A stretch of 64,000 bases of DNA from Lepidodermella squamata (Eukaryota > Animalia > Gastrotricha): assembly GCA_047495785.1 (NCBI GenBank), contig JBLDXI010000029.1, forward strand, positions 2,108,001-2,172,000. Direction: 5' to 3'. Below the pieces are notes generated by a model that saw only the letters and a list, made by a program, of their open reading frames with translations, had not been told where the DNA came from and did not search any database. Shown here in pieces: positions 25,167-36,520 of this stretch; position 1 is the first letter of the stretch, and each line of letters starts with the position of its first letter. The translations under genes were made by a program, and so were the position numbers.

Positions 25167-25923
25167 ACTGTATTTTGCGCCCACTCGACATTTACATTAA
25201 CATTTAATTTTTTTGGTGAATCCATCAACTCTTTTGGCAGAGTCATCCCTAGATCGTAAAAAGCTTTCAGGTATCCCGGTAACAAAATAATATTTTTTAA
25301 ATTAATAGGAAATGTCCAAATCAAGCTAGAAACAATCGATTAGTAAATAAAGTGTCGAAAAAATTGCCACGAATGTTTTTCAAATGAGCGGTTCGTGTTA
25401 TTAGAATTTTTTCCCATCGGAGGTTCACACTGATGCTCAAATGGCGCAGAATATAGGGAAAGCGATAAACCATAGCTGTAAATCCTTATAAAAATGCTTC
25501 ACAATGCGCTGGACGTGCTAGACATTCCATGTCAACCATTTAATTCCAATTTTCCTGCGAGGGATGAAAGCTCTTTGTAAAAACATGCAAACGTTACGAA
25601 CACCACAAATGAAAACAATTTAGGCTGTGACGAAAAGCGGTTGCTTATCAACAATGCTCGTGGTGCCTTCCAATCAAAACACAGCGATTGCGCGATAGAA
25701 ATTGCCTATGATTTGCTGCTAAAAATGGATGAAAGATCTCTAATCCCGTTCAGACGAAGCCGAACACGCCCTCCTATGCTTATGAAGTATGATCCCGTTA
25801 TCACTCAATAATTCAAAAGATGGTATATCCGCTGCTTGGCAAGCGCAGGCAACTGAGTGAAATAGAAAAAAGACTTGAGTCAACAATTTGAATTATTGAA
25901 CACACCTTTGTCATCGCCACAGA

Positions 25924-27879
25924 ATGAGAGGAAAATCGCTTTCATTTGCATCAAGTAAAGAAATGCTTCTGGCAAAACTTGTCACGATTTTTCAAGTTTT
26001 CCTGGTGGTTGAGGGCCAGATCCCCTTGCCACCAGGATGTAAAAAGGTAGTAGACCCTAGGCCTTACATTCGACCACCTGGGATTCTTAACATACAAGAG
26101 CTACTCGACGCTTATTTGACAGCTCGAACGATAAAGAAAACAACGATCCCTCCGCTGAACTCCAGCGCTGGCATCGACTACGTTCACTTGATGCCTGACT
26201 TCTATATGTTCCTTCTGCAGGGGATTGACGAGGCGAGCAATACCATCCGCTTGATCGGGGCGCTCCAGGTGCAGTGGGATGCCTCGCCGCTTGGCTACGA
26301 ATGGTCGCAAGTCCCGGGCCTTTGCAACGCCATCTACTACGTCCTGCCGCAAGCTTTCTACGCAACTTGGACGCCGAAATTAGAGCCGTTGAACATGCTG
26401 AACATTATCGACTTCAATGAAGTCAGGAAAATGTCTCCCGCTGATTTCAGCGTAGTCGGCATAGCGACATGGCGAATTTACGGAAAATTCACCCTGTCCT
26501 GCACTTTGGCCTTGACATGTAAATGAGACATTCTTGATAAATCTCAGCCAATTATTCACGAGTTTTCGTTGTAGCTTACCCTTACGACTACCAGCTTTGC
26601 TACTTCGAAACTCGGATCTCGGCTGAGACGTCTTACGTCAAGTTTTACCTACCAACTTTGGGATCGACCTGCGGTGCGACTTACCTTAACAACTCGCAAT
26701 GGGAGTGGTTAGGAAGCCGCCATACCGTTGTCGAAAAAGCCGGGGATCAGATCTTCAGGTAAATTTTCCCAATCTTAGATTCCCAGCAGTAACGCTCTAT
26801 TTTCCAGGGTTGAACTAGTTTTTCGTCGAAAGCCTCTTTTCAGTGTTATCAGGTAAATTCTTTCATATTCTCAAAACCTAAGCAATCCTATGAACCCGGA
26901 CTAAAACTGAAGAATGTTCAGCATAGAGATTAGCATTTTTACGGCTGAATTTTTTCATAGCATGGTCATACCGACTGTCTTACTGGCCTTCTCGGGAGCA
27001 ACTCTATTCATCTTACCGGCGGACTCTGAGGAGAAGATGAGTGTGGCGCTTTCGATCCTTCTAACTTTCTTCCTGGTTTTCTCTACGATAGTCAACACTC
27101 TGGTGAGTCTTCCAGTTTTAAGTTGTGCATCAAACTTAGTCAAAGATTTCTCTCAGCCACCTAGCAGCGAGAATCCCCCAATGTTGTACATAGTAAGTCA
27201 CTCATTACTCCAAATTTGGTCAAACATTATTCTCCTTTCCGTATAGTATATCATCATCCTTTTCATTCTCGCGGTATTGGGGGCTATCGGAACAGCTGGA
27301 ATATCGAGATTCAGCGAAAATATCGACCGTCTCGAACTCGATCAAAGGCTTGACTTCATCCTCGACCAAGCTGGTTTCTACACCAACCCGGTATTGCCCC
27401 GAAAGTCGTCGCTAAACGCATTCTCTGAACTGGTAAGTCACAATGCTTTACATTTTCTATTGATCGAACCTAGATTTCACCAGAAAACTGAGTTGTACCA
27501 AGAAGATAGCGCAAAAGGACCTAGACGGCTGCTCTTCGCACCAGCTGACGTAGCCCCGATGCGGAAGCAAGTAGCAAAGGACCGTTTGACACGGATGGAA
27601 CGCGTTGAGCTGAAGAGAATTAAGAAAGCCCGCCTTATCAACAATCTGGCCCTGGCAACTTACCTAACCGCTGTTATAGTGACAACCATCTTCTACTTTG
27701 CGTACATTGAATCTGAAAGCGATCGCATGCAGCCGGTCTATTCGAAGATCGGACTCACGTTTCAGATGTACAACCGAACCTTCGTCATCCCGCAGGTTAC
27801 GCTGGATACATGCGGCGATTGCCAGCTTGATATCAACACAAACCTACCCGCACCTGGCGCTAATTGCCACCCAATGTGA
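25924..27879 (+). CDS. Orphan Cys-loop channel subunit, cluster gene 5 (class A); start may be 25963
   Basis: CTLALTSYPYDYQLC (spliced), QWEWLGSR, RRKP, PADSEEK, post-M4 CGDC...C. Confidence 0.85.
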
Positions 27880-27990
27880 TTGTCTTCAGCCCAAAACCCC
27901 AATTTACAGCTGTTTCTATGAGACTGTTAAAATAACTATAATCCTATCGATTTAAGCTTTATCCTATCTCTTAGATTTTATTAATTATTA

Positions 27991-30376
27991 ATGATTAAGG
28001 CAACCCTTCTGATCACTCTGTGTTTAGCTACACCAGCTTGGGGTCAAACTTGCTCGAATATCACGAATCCTAATGATTACATCTCCGGTGGCGTGTTGAA
28101 TTTCCAGAAGCTGCTCGACGACTATCTAACCCCTAGGGTGGCCACAAATGTCAACATACCACCGCTTAACGTCTCGGCCGGTATTACGAAGGTCTACATG
28201 TACCCGCGATTTTTCATCCTATCGTTAACCGAGATCGAAGAGCGGAGTAATACCCTTAGCATGGTTGCTTCGGTCGAGTTGAAATGGGACATTACGCCGC
28301 TTGGTTACTACTGGGCCGACGCTCCGGTTGTGTGCAACATTCCGTACTACGTCCTACCCCAGGCGCAAACAGCGACGTGGACGCCTAAGGTCATGCCTAG
28401 CAACATGTTGAATACAAACGACTTTCGCGATGTTATGGAAATTGCACCGTTGGAAATTTATAAAACCGGCGTTGCGACGTGGCGGCTGTACGGCAATTTT
28501 CGGGTCGCCTGCAATTTGATACTCACAGATTTCCCGTTCGACTATGAATTGTGCACCCTGGAAACGCAACTTCTCGCCGAATTCGGCTTCGTCAAAATGA
28601 TGCATCCGTAAGTTTAAGGAAATTCCTCATCTAATTGTGCCTAATTCTTTCATTGCTAACTATGAGACTACGAATTGAGAAGCGAAGTCATATCTCATGA
28701 CCGAAATTTTTTTTTGAAAATCCCAAGAAAATCCTATGCGAATAGTAGGTAATCAAATAAGTCACTTGTCAACGAGATTAAAAACTCCGGAGAAATTTCA
28801 TCCAACCGGGAAAAATACCGAAATTACCGAGCCAGTTTCCATCGGGGTTTATCGGGTTCCAATAAAGTTTCAATTTCTTCGGCAATCTCGGAGAACGCAT
28901 GGAAAATTCCCCCAAAAAATTCAAAATTTAAGGTAATTACATTTTTTAATTTTTAATTTTCTAAAAAAATTGGAAAATACGCAAGCTATGGGAATTTTTT
29001 ATATCGCGCCATGATTTTTATTAATGATTTTTTCAGGCACATTGGCGGAGCATGCGCAGCGATTTACGTTCAGAATTCGCAATGGGAATATATCGGAAGT
29101 CGAACCTCTGTAGTAAACATAGAAGTCGAAGTTTTCAAGTAAGATTGCTGGAATAATATTCAAAAAATGTGTCGAAAAACGCATTTTCTCACAGGGTTGA
29201 GCTTGTTTTCGAGCGCAAACCTCTGTTCCATCTTCTCAGCATCGTTATCCCGACTATTCTGCTGGCCTTTGCTGGATCTACGATGTTCATCATACCAGGC
29301 ATAATATCGAAATAAAGCTTCCAAAAAAATCTAAATGTCCCTTGTTTTATAGCTGATTCGAGTGAGAAGATGAACGTAGCCTTCTCTGTCCTGCTTACAT
29401 TTTTCTTGGTCTTCTCAACTGTCGTCAGTTCGCTGGTAATTTTTAGGATTGAAATCAATTTTACAAATTTTTACCAAATTTCTACCTTAGCCCGCGAATT
29501 CGCAACACATGCCGATTCTCTATATCGTTAGTTTTCTGATTTAAATTCTCAGAAACTAATTAATCATTATTTCGCAGTACATCTTGGTTCTGTTCATCAC
29601 CGCGGTTATCGGGTCATTATTCGCCGCTGCCATCCTTCACTTTGCCGGGTCAATCAAGAAAACCGAAATCGATGAGCAAATCGACGAAATTTTGGAGCAA
29701 ACAGGTCTGAAGCGGCAAATTCCTCGCAATGGCCGTTTCCATCTCGAAAAAATGTACCGAACCCCGTCGGCGGCTCCGAAGCCCCTCAACGCCTTCGAGC
29801 CAACATCGCCTTCTGACCCGGTAAGACTCAAAAATATAAATTTTATGATAATTTTCGAAAATATTTGAATAATTTGAAAATTAAATTTAAATTTAAATTT
29901 AGTTCAATTAATTTTCTGAAACTTTTCAAATTTAAATGTTATTGATTTTCAAATTTAATTTCTAGCTCGACCCAGTCGGCAATAGGCGCTTTTCTGTTGT
30001 CAATGCATTCGAAACGAAAAACCCTAAAGATCAATTCACAAAAGAAGAAAAAGAAATGATCGAATCTGAGGACCAAAAGCGGCGAATTAAACACATGAAA
30101 ATAACAAAATACGCTAAAATAGCCAACAACATCGCACTGGGTGTGTACTTCGCCGCCGTTCTAATCGCCACCATTTTCTACTTCGGCTACATCATGAAAG
30201 ACCGCCAGGACAAGGCGCCTGTTTATTCGAACATTGGCAATGCTAAAAATCTGCGATCATTCCAAATGTACAACAACACGTTTATGACGCCGCTGGTTAA
30301 CGTGGACGCTTGCGATCAGTGCCGGCTTGATGCGAACACCCTGCGCCAATTGGATGGCTATACCTGCGTTAATTGA
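27991..30376 (+). CDS. Orphan Cys-loop channel subunit, cluster gene 6 (class A)
   Basis: Signal peptide, CNLILTDFPFDYELC, QWEYIGSR, ERKP, PADSSEK, post-M4 CDQC...C. Confidence 0.85.
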
Positions 30377-30479
30377 CCCACTTATGAGACAATAATTATT
30401 TAAGCGCCCTATTTTATTGCTCATTATTTGCGCACACACTAGAAAAGTGAAAACAGCGTGACCACGGAACGGGACGGTG

Positions 30480-30756
30480 TCAAAGGGCTACTTTCTAATA
30501 ATCTGTCGGTTTTTATACCAGACTAAAACTCCATCGATTGATATAAGGATATCGCGCGAACCATTTTTTAGGAAAAAATTGTACGCGCACAGCAAATTGT
30601 GTGTTAATTTACGCGGGAATGTATTGTGCGCGCAAAATTTAGCGAACGCTCAACTAATTTTCCCATTAATTCTTTCCATAAATTCAATCGATAGAGAATC
30701 TTTGGAATTTTATTATGGTATAAAAACCGACAGATTATTTTAAAGTTGCCTTTTGA
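30480..30756. mobile_element. MITE related to 15254-15731, between channel genes 6 and 7
   Basis: TIRs TCAAAGGGCTACTTT..ATAATCTGTCGGTTTTTATACCA / TGGTATAAAAACCGACAGATTAT..AAAGTTGCCTTTTGA. Confidence 0.75.
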
Positions 30757-30855
30757 AATCATATCGTTCTCGTTTCTTGAAGGTCTGCAAATGAGCCATT
30801 TTTCAACAAAATTCCATGTTAAAAGGGGCTTTTTCCTTTTAGGATTTTTTCGAAA

Positions 30856-32848
30856 ATGCATTTGATCACAATTTTCCTCCTTGGGCTGGCGTTTGAGCCT
30901 TCGCTTCAAGTAGCTACATCGTTCAACAACCCGTTCGAGGTATTTCATGAAGGCTATTCAGTTGGCAATACAACAATTCCAGCTGCGGCTAAAATGAATA
31001 AACGGGTGCCACCCATCAACATGATTTTCGACTATCGAGTTGCGATATCTGTCAATTTGTACATATTTTCGATTCCGGACGTTGCCGAGGCTGATAGCCG
31101 GTTCGTTTTCAGCGGCATGCTGCAGTTAGGTTGGGACTGTGGTGCATCTCGGTTCTACGTCCCGCCTAGTTTGTACGAGGTTTCTCTTATGGATCCATTG
31201 CAAAGCGCCTGGTACCCAAAAGTTGTCATTCGGAATCAGATCAACTTCGATTGTTAGTTGAAAATCTTGAATTTAGTCTGCCTTGATTTATTAGATAATT
31301 TTTAACAGCTTGGAAGCCAGCATTGGAAAGATCTCCTTTGGACGTTTTCACGCCTGACTGGGTCTATTGGCGACTCTATAATACCTATGAACTCTGGGTA
31401 AATTTCCATTAGTTCAAAGTCTAAAATAACGTCGTAAATTTTGATTATTAAGAGAATTTTCAAAATTCAAAATTTAAAATATTTTCAAAAGTTAAACATT
31501 TTTTTAGAGTTTTATGAATTTTTCGATTTTTTATATTTTTTTTTCTAATTTTAACAGTGCAATTATTCTTTGCGAATCTATCCTTGGGACATGTCTCGAT
31601 GCCGCATTTCGCTATTTCCAACCACCGATTACCTAAATGCCTACTTCAACGTGTCCATGCACCGGCCTATCTGCCTGAAATTCTACAGCCCAAACCCACA
31701 ATGGGATATTCTCGGCTCGCGAAACTTCATCATCGACTACACTATCGGCGTACAGGAGATGAATATCGAAATTTTGATTAAGCGGAAGAGCGAGTTTTGC
31801 ATCCTAAGCTTCATGATTCCTATGTTACTGCTGGCGTTAACAGGTTAGAAAATTTAACGATAAAATAACTTTAAAAAAATTGAAATTCGCTGTTTCAGGC
31901 GCTTGTATATGCTTGGTACCTCCGGACAGTGATGAGAAAATGGGAATTTCCATGACAATTGTACTCGCTTTTTTCGGTGAGACATTACTGAAAAAATATT
32001 TTCAAACTTCAAATTAAAATTCTCATTTTTAGTAACCTTTGGTAGTATGACTACGTCATTTCCAACAACAAGTGACTTCGATCAGCTTCCTTTGCTGTAT
32101 TGGGTGAGATAAATTCAATTAATATCGAAAGAAAGGGTGGAATAATTTTCTTCTAAATTCCAGTTGATCTTCATATTTTTCACCCTTTGCCTGCTTTCAA
32201 CTATTTACGCATCGATTTTATTACGACTGGCTGACTATGTGGAGAAGGCCCAATCGCCTGACTTGTTCAATTGGATAGAAGCGCTTATTACCAAGGTAAA
32301 CATGAAGTTAAAAATTAACTCTAAAAATCAGTTTAAATTTAAATTTAATTATGAATTATTGTAAATTAATTTCTAATAATATCTTATTAAATTAGTTTTA
32401 TTTTAATTTTTTCCAATCTCGATGATTTTTCATTTTTCAATAATTTGTTTTGCATTTTGAAGTTGAATTTTTTGGTATTGTTTTGCAGGCAAGAGCGATG
32501 AAAAATCGAGGAGCCGTCGCCAGTGCCTCGCCGGTGAAACTATCGCTTGTCGAAGAGCGAGAGCGGAAAAGAAAATTGGCGAAAGGCTTCTTGCACTACG
32601 CCAACCGCATCGGCGTGTGGGTGTACCTGTTCTACCTGTTCGTGACTTGCCTCGTGGTCGGCATGATGTTCAAGCAGGGCATCGATCGCAACGCTGTTCT
32701 ACCGCACCCGACCAGCGATGCGTTGTTCATGATTGAGAACACGACGTATTACAAGCCACTAACTTCGCTGTCCCAGTGCTTGTACTGCGCTGTTGATGGC
32801 GCCGAGTCGAAGCTTGTTTGCAACTACGGCAGCTTTGGCAATAACTGA
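30856..32848 (+). CDS. Orphan Cys-loop channel subunit, cluster gene 7 (class B)
   Basis: CNYSLRIYPWDMSRC, QWDILGSR, KRK, PPDSDEK, post-M4 CLYC...C; closest paralog of gene 4. Confidence 0.85.
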
Positions 32849-33174
32849 AAGAGCCATGAATTAATATAAATGCGTTAATAGCCCCTAAATAGACCTGGTG
32901 ATAAACACTTGAAACCTGTGATTTTTTTCAAGAATAAACTATTTTTGGATTAAAGAAAATAAAAAAAGGCCTTTTCAAGTGGCTTTCGAAAATCGCGTGC
33001 CTGAGCGTGTGCCATAACAGCTGTGTGACGCCTCACCGCCATTTCATAGCGCACGCGATTAAAGGCTTTAAAAAGGTCGATTTTACTACGTTTCAATCAT
33101 CAATCGCTCTCGCTTGCAATTTCAAAGCTTCATCTTCTCTCTAATTCGCTTTTACGTGTTTACTCGAAATCAAA

Positions 33175-34421
33175 ATGGCCGCCACCTACTCCTTCCAACC
33201 GACCTACCCGACCGTCGCCCCGGTCTCCGGCTACGCCAGCCCGGTCAACGTCGAGAGCCTGCTCCGCAACAAGGTTGACATCTACTCGACCCTGAGCAAC
33301 GAGCGCAGCCTCATCAACAACACCTTCGTCGCCCCGGCCCCGTCGATGGTCAACGCCAGCCCGGTCATGCCGACCCCGTTCGCCCGCGTCCCGACCACGT
33401 ACTCGAGCCCGATCGAGCGCCCGGTTGAGGTCGCCCGCGCCTACGGAGCCGAGACCGGCGCCCAGCTGGCCCACATCGTCGCCGCCCGCATGGCCCCGAT
33501 GGCCCAGCCGCAGCTCGTCCAGCCGATCGCCGCCCAGTGGGGTGCTGAGATCTGCGCCGAGATCGCCGTCGAGCTCGCCCTCGCCCCGGTCGATGCTGAG
33601 ATCACCAGCCGCCGCTGCGTCATCCGCGCCGCCGAGCAGGGTGCCCGTCTCGGCGCCACCGTCGCCCAGCGCCTCGGCTGCGGCCCGGTCGAGACCGAGC
33701 AGGCCGCCCGCATCGGCCAGCAGCTGTTCGCCGACATCTGCCAGCGCATCGCCGCCCAGGTCTTCGCCCGCCAGTGGACCGGCGCCAACCCGGCCTCGTG
33801 GATGACCACCGCCCGCCCTGAGCTGTTCTCCGCCATCGACAACACCTGGTCCCACCACGACAAGCTGTCCAACGTCGCCTTCCGCCCGTCGTCGGAGGTC
33901 GAGCTGTACACCCTGTCGAACCCGATCCGCGTCGTCGACATCGAGGGCAACCGCCAGCTGTGCCTCGTCTTCGCCCTGAAGAGCTACAAGCCGGAGGAGA
34001 TCACCGTCACCCTGAACAAGACTGAGCGCGCCGTCGTCATCGAGGCTGCCCACGAGGCCAAGGACGGCAAGGAGCACCAGATCAGCCGCAAGTACTCGCG
34101 CAAGTTCGTCCTGCCCGAGGTAATTTCTCTCTTCGATTTCTCGAAATGCAATCATAATTGTTCGAATTTTTGCAGACTCTTGCCAAGATTGACCTGTCGA
34201 AGGTTGAGCTCAAGTCGTACCAGACCGCCGAGGGCTACCTTGTCGTCGAGTGCGAGCTGCCGAAGATGAGCGTCGAGGAGATTGCCAAGTCGCCGGTCAT
34301 GTCGCAGCTGCTTCAGCAGACCGCTTTCGCCGGCATGCTGCCCTCGATGAACGGCCGCTTCACCGCCCAGCACAGCCAGCTCATCAACAACACCCGCCCC
34401 GTCACCGTCAAGACCGCCTAA
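33175..34421 (+). CDS. Small heat-shock protein (HSP20/alpha-crystallin domain) with long N-terminal region, copy 1 (one intron near 34120-34175)
   Basis: ACD motifs YKPEEITVTL...VVIEAAHE...ISRKYSRKFVLPE...LKSYQTAEGYLVVE; extreme GC3. Confidence 0.85.
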
Positions 34422-34584
34422 GCGAACAACGATAATGAAGAAGCCTGAAATCAGTAGCAAGCCTTAGTCGATATTCCAATTTCGAAAAGAACTTTGTTAG
34501 GAAATAAGAACATTATTCTGTGATCAAGATGCAGCCATTGCACAATTTCACAATAATGAAGATAATAAATTGAATGACGTAGAA

Positions 34585-36520
34585 CATTACATTACATTAC
34601 ATCTTCTTTATTTCGTTTAGAGCAAAAAGACAAAAAAGGAAACCTGTACACATAACGAAATAAAATTCACTCCGGTGTACCCGGTATGGCTGAAGGATGA
34701 TGGTGTTCCTCCAACCATACCGAGTGTCGGAGGAGGACCAACGTTAGTCGATCCTAAGTCAAGCCAAAATCAAAGTGTATTGAAAATGATGAAAAATTCG
34801 ATATTTTTGTTTGAAAAATGAGCGAAATGAATTCATTATTCAAAAATCAATCTGTGATATTTTTCAATTTCGTACGCCACTCAATTCTATTCTGAGCTAA
34901 TACAGCGGCGTCCTCCCAATTCTCAATATTAATTTTCTTCAACTGCCTTCTCATGCAGTCTGAGTAGCGCAGTTTGGGACGGCCCTGGGGTCTTTGCCAC
35001 GAATCGTCCGGGGGGTCCCAATACCTAACCTGCTTCAATAGCGATTCCGAGTCTCTGCGTTCTACGTGTCCGTACCATCTTAATTGATTCCTAGCGACCT
35101 TTGTTGATAATTTTTGCGTATTACATTTTTTTCTAATTGTTTCATTTCGGACCCTATCAGCCAGCCTAATTCCGGTAATGTTCCTGAGCCATTTCATCTG
35201 GCAGACATCTAGCCTTCTTTCTTCTTCACGAGTCATCGCCCATCCTTCGGACCCGAACATCACGGTTGGAACGATCACGCCGTCCAGGCATTTCATCTTG
35301 GCCTCGATTTTTAAGCTCGTATTGCTGAAAATATATTTTTTCATAGCTCCGAATGATTTATTTGCCTTTTCTATTCGATTTCTAATATCAGCATTGCAAC
35401 TACCGTCGGATGCTAGCGTGCTACCTAAATATGTGAAATTTTCTACTCGTTCGATATTTTGATCATAAATTTTGAAAGGTTCGCATTCGGTATCCGGTGA
35501 ATCGTTTACCACCATGAACTTTGTTTTAGGTACGTTAATTTTTAGGCCTAATTCCGTGCACGCTTCTACAAAGATGTCTACTAATAGTTGCATTTCGCCA
35601 TGGTCTAATGATAACAGGCTAGTGTCATCTGCGAAAGCCAATAGCATCAACCATTCGCCATTTGTTAGGGGGAAGCCACATTTTTCCACCTTGATCCTTT
35701 TGCATACCTTATTAAAAACAGCGATGAACAGAAGAGGTGATAGCGGGCACCCCTGCCGCAGTCCCTTAGTGATTCTGAAGGGCTCGGCTTTCTCGCCTGC
35801 TATTCTGACATTTGCGATACTGTCACGGTACAATGCCTTGATATTTTGAATAAGATTCTGATTTACTCCTAATTCTTCCAAAGCCTGCCAAACTTGGTCC
35901 CTATCTACAAAGTCATAGGCTTTTTCCAAGTCCATAAAAGTAATGTACATTTTTTCGTCAAATTCTCGAATTTTTTCCATCACCAGTCGCATAATGAATG
36001 TGCAATCTGCTGTCCCCTTCTCTCTCATGAACCCGTGTTGAAAGACTTCCAGCAGTTTTTCTATCGATTTTCTTAATTTAGTTTCAAGTATTCGGGCGTA
36101 GCATTTCGCGACGACGCTGATCAAGCTTATGCCTCTATGATTAGAGCATTTCCTTCGGTCGCCTTTCTTCGGTACCGGTATCAAAATCAAATTGAGAAAG
36201 TCTTGTGGGACACAATTCTCGCTCCACATTTTGTTAAATAGCAAAAACAGCCAATCCTCACCTACTTCCTCAAGCGCTCTAATCATTTCTATTCGAATTT
36301 CGTCTAGCCCAGGAGATTTTCCTTTTTTCTCCTTTGCAAGCGAGTCTTTTATTTCTTCCATTGTTATTTTCTCGGTCCCTCTCGCTTGTTCGGCCGAACA
36401 TTTAGAATCTATATTACCGCCTATGAATTCCGTACCGGCTGATATGCCCATGAAATATTGTCTCCATCTAGCTAATATCGCTGGTTTCTCCGAGACGTAG
36501 ATTATACGTTATGATACGTT
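34585..36520 (-). mobile_element. 5'-truncated non-LTR retrotransposon (RTE-like LINE); RT ORF 34847-~36490
   Basis: RT motifs KSPGLD, RGISL, QHGF, DLEKAYD, GLRQGCPLSP, LAFADD, FTYLG, LRWYGHVER, RPQGRP. (ATGTA)n 3' tail. 11-bp TSD ATGACGTAGAA at 34574-34584 and 36521-36531. Confidence 0.92.

Noticed and set aside
16044-32848. Labelling the cluster as nicotinic acetylcholine receptor alpha subunits
   Set aside because: No vicinal cysteines and no loop-B Trp; only the fold and the cation filter are nAChR-like, so no gene symbols were assigned.
33160-34155. Long antisense and alternate-frame ORFs over both HSP20 copies (also 46806-47843)
   Set aside because: Expected by-product of extreme GC3 bias, which removes stop codons on the opposite strand.
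34660-34770. Possible hammerhead or HDV ribozyme in the LINE 3'UTR
   Set aside because: A stem-loop is present, but I cannot find the CUGANGA/GAAA core or an HDV pseudoknot.
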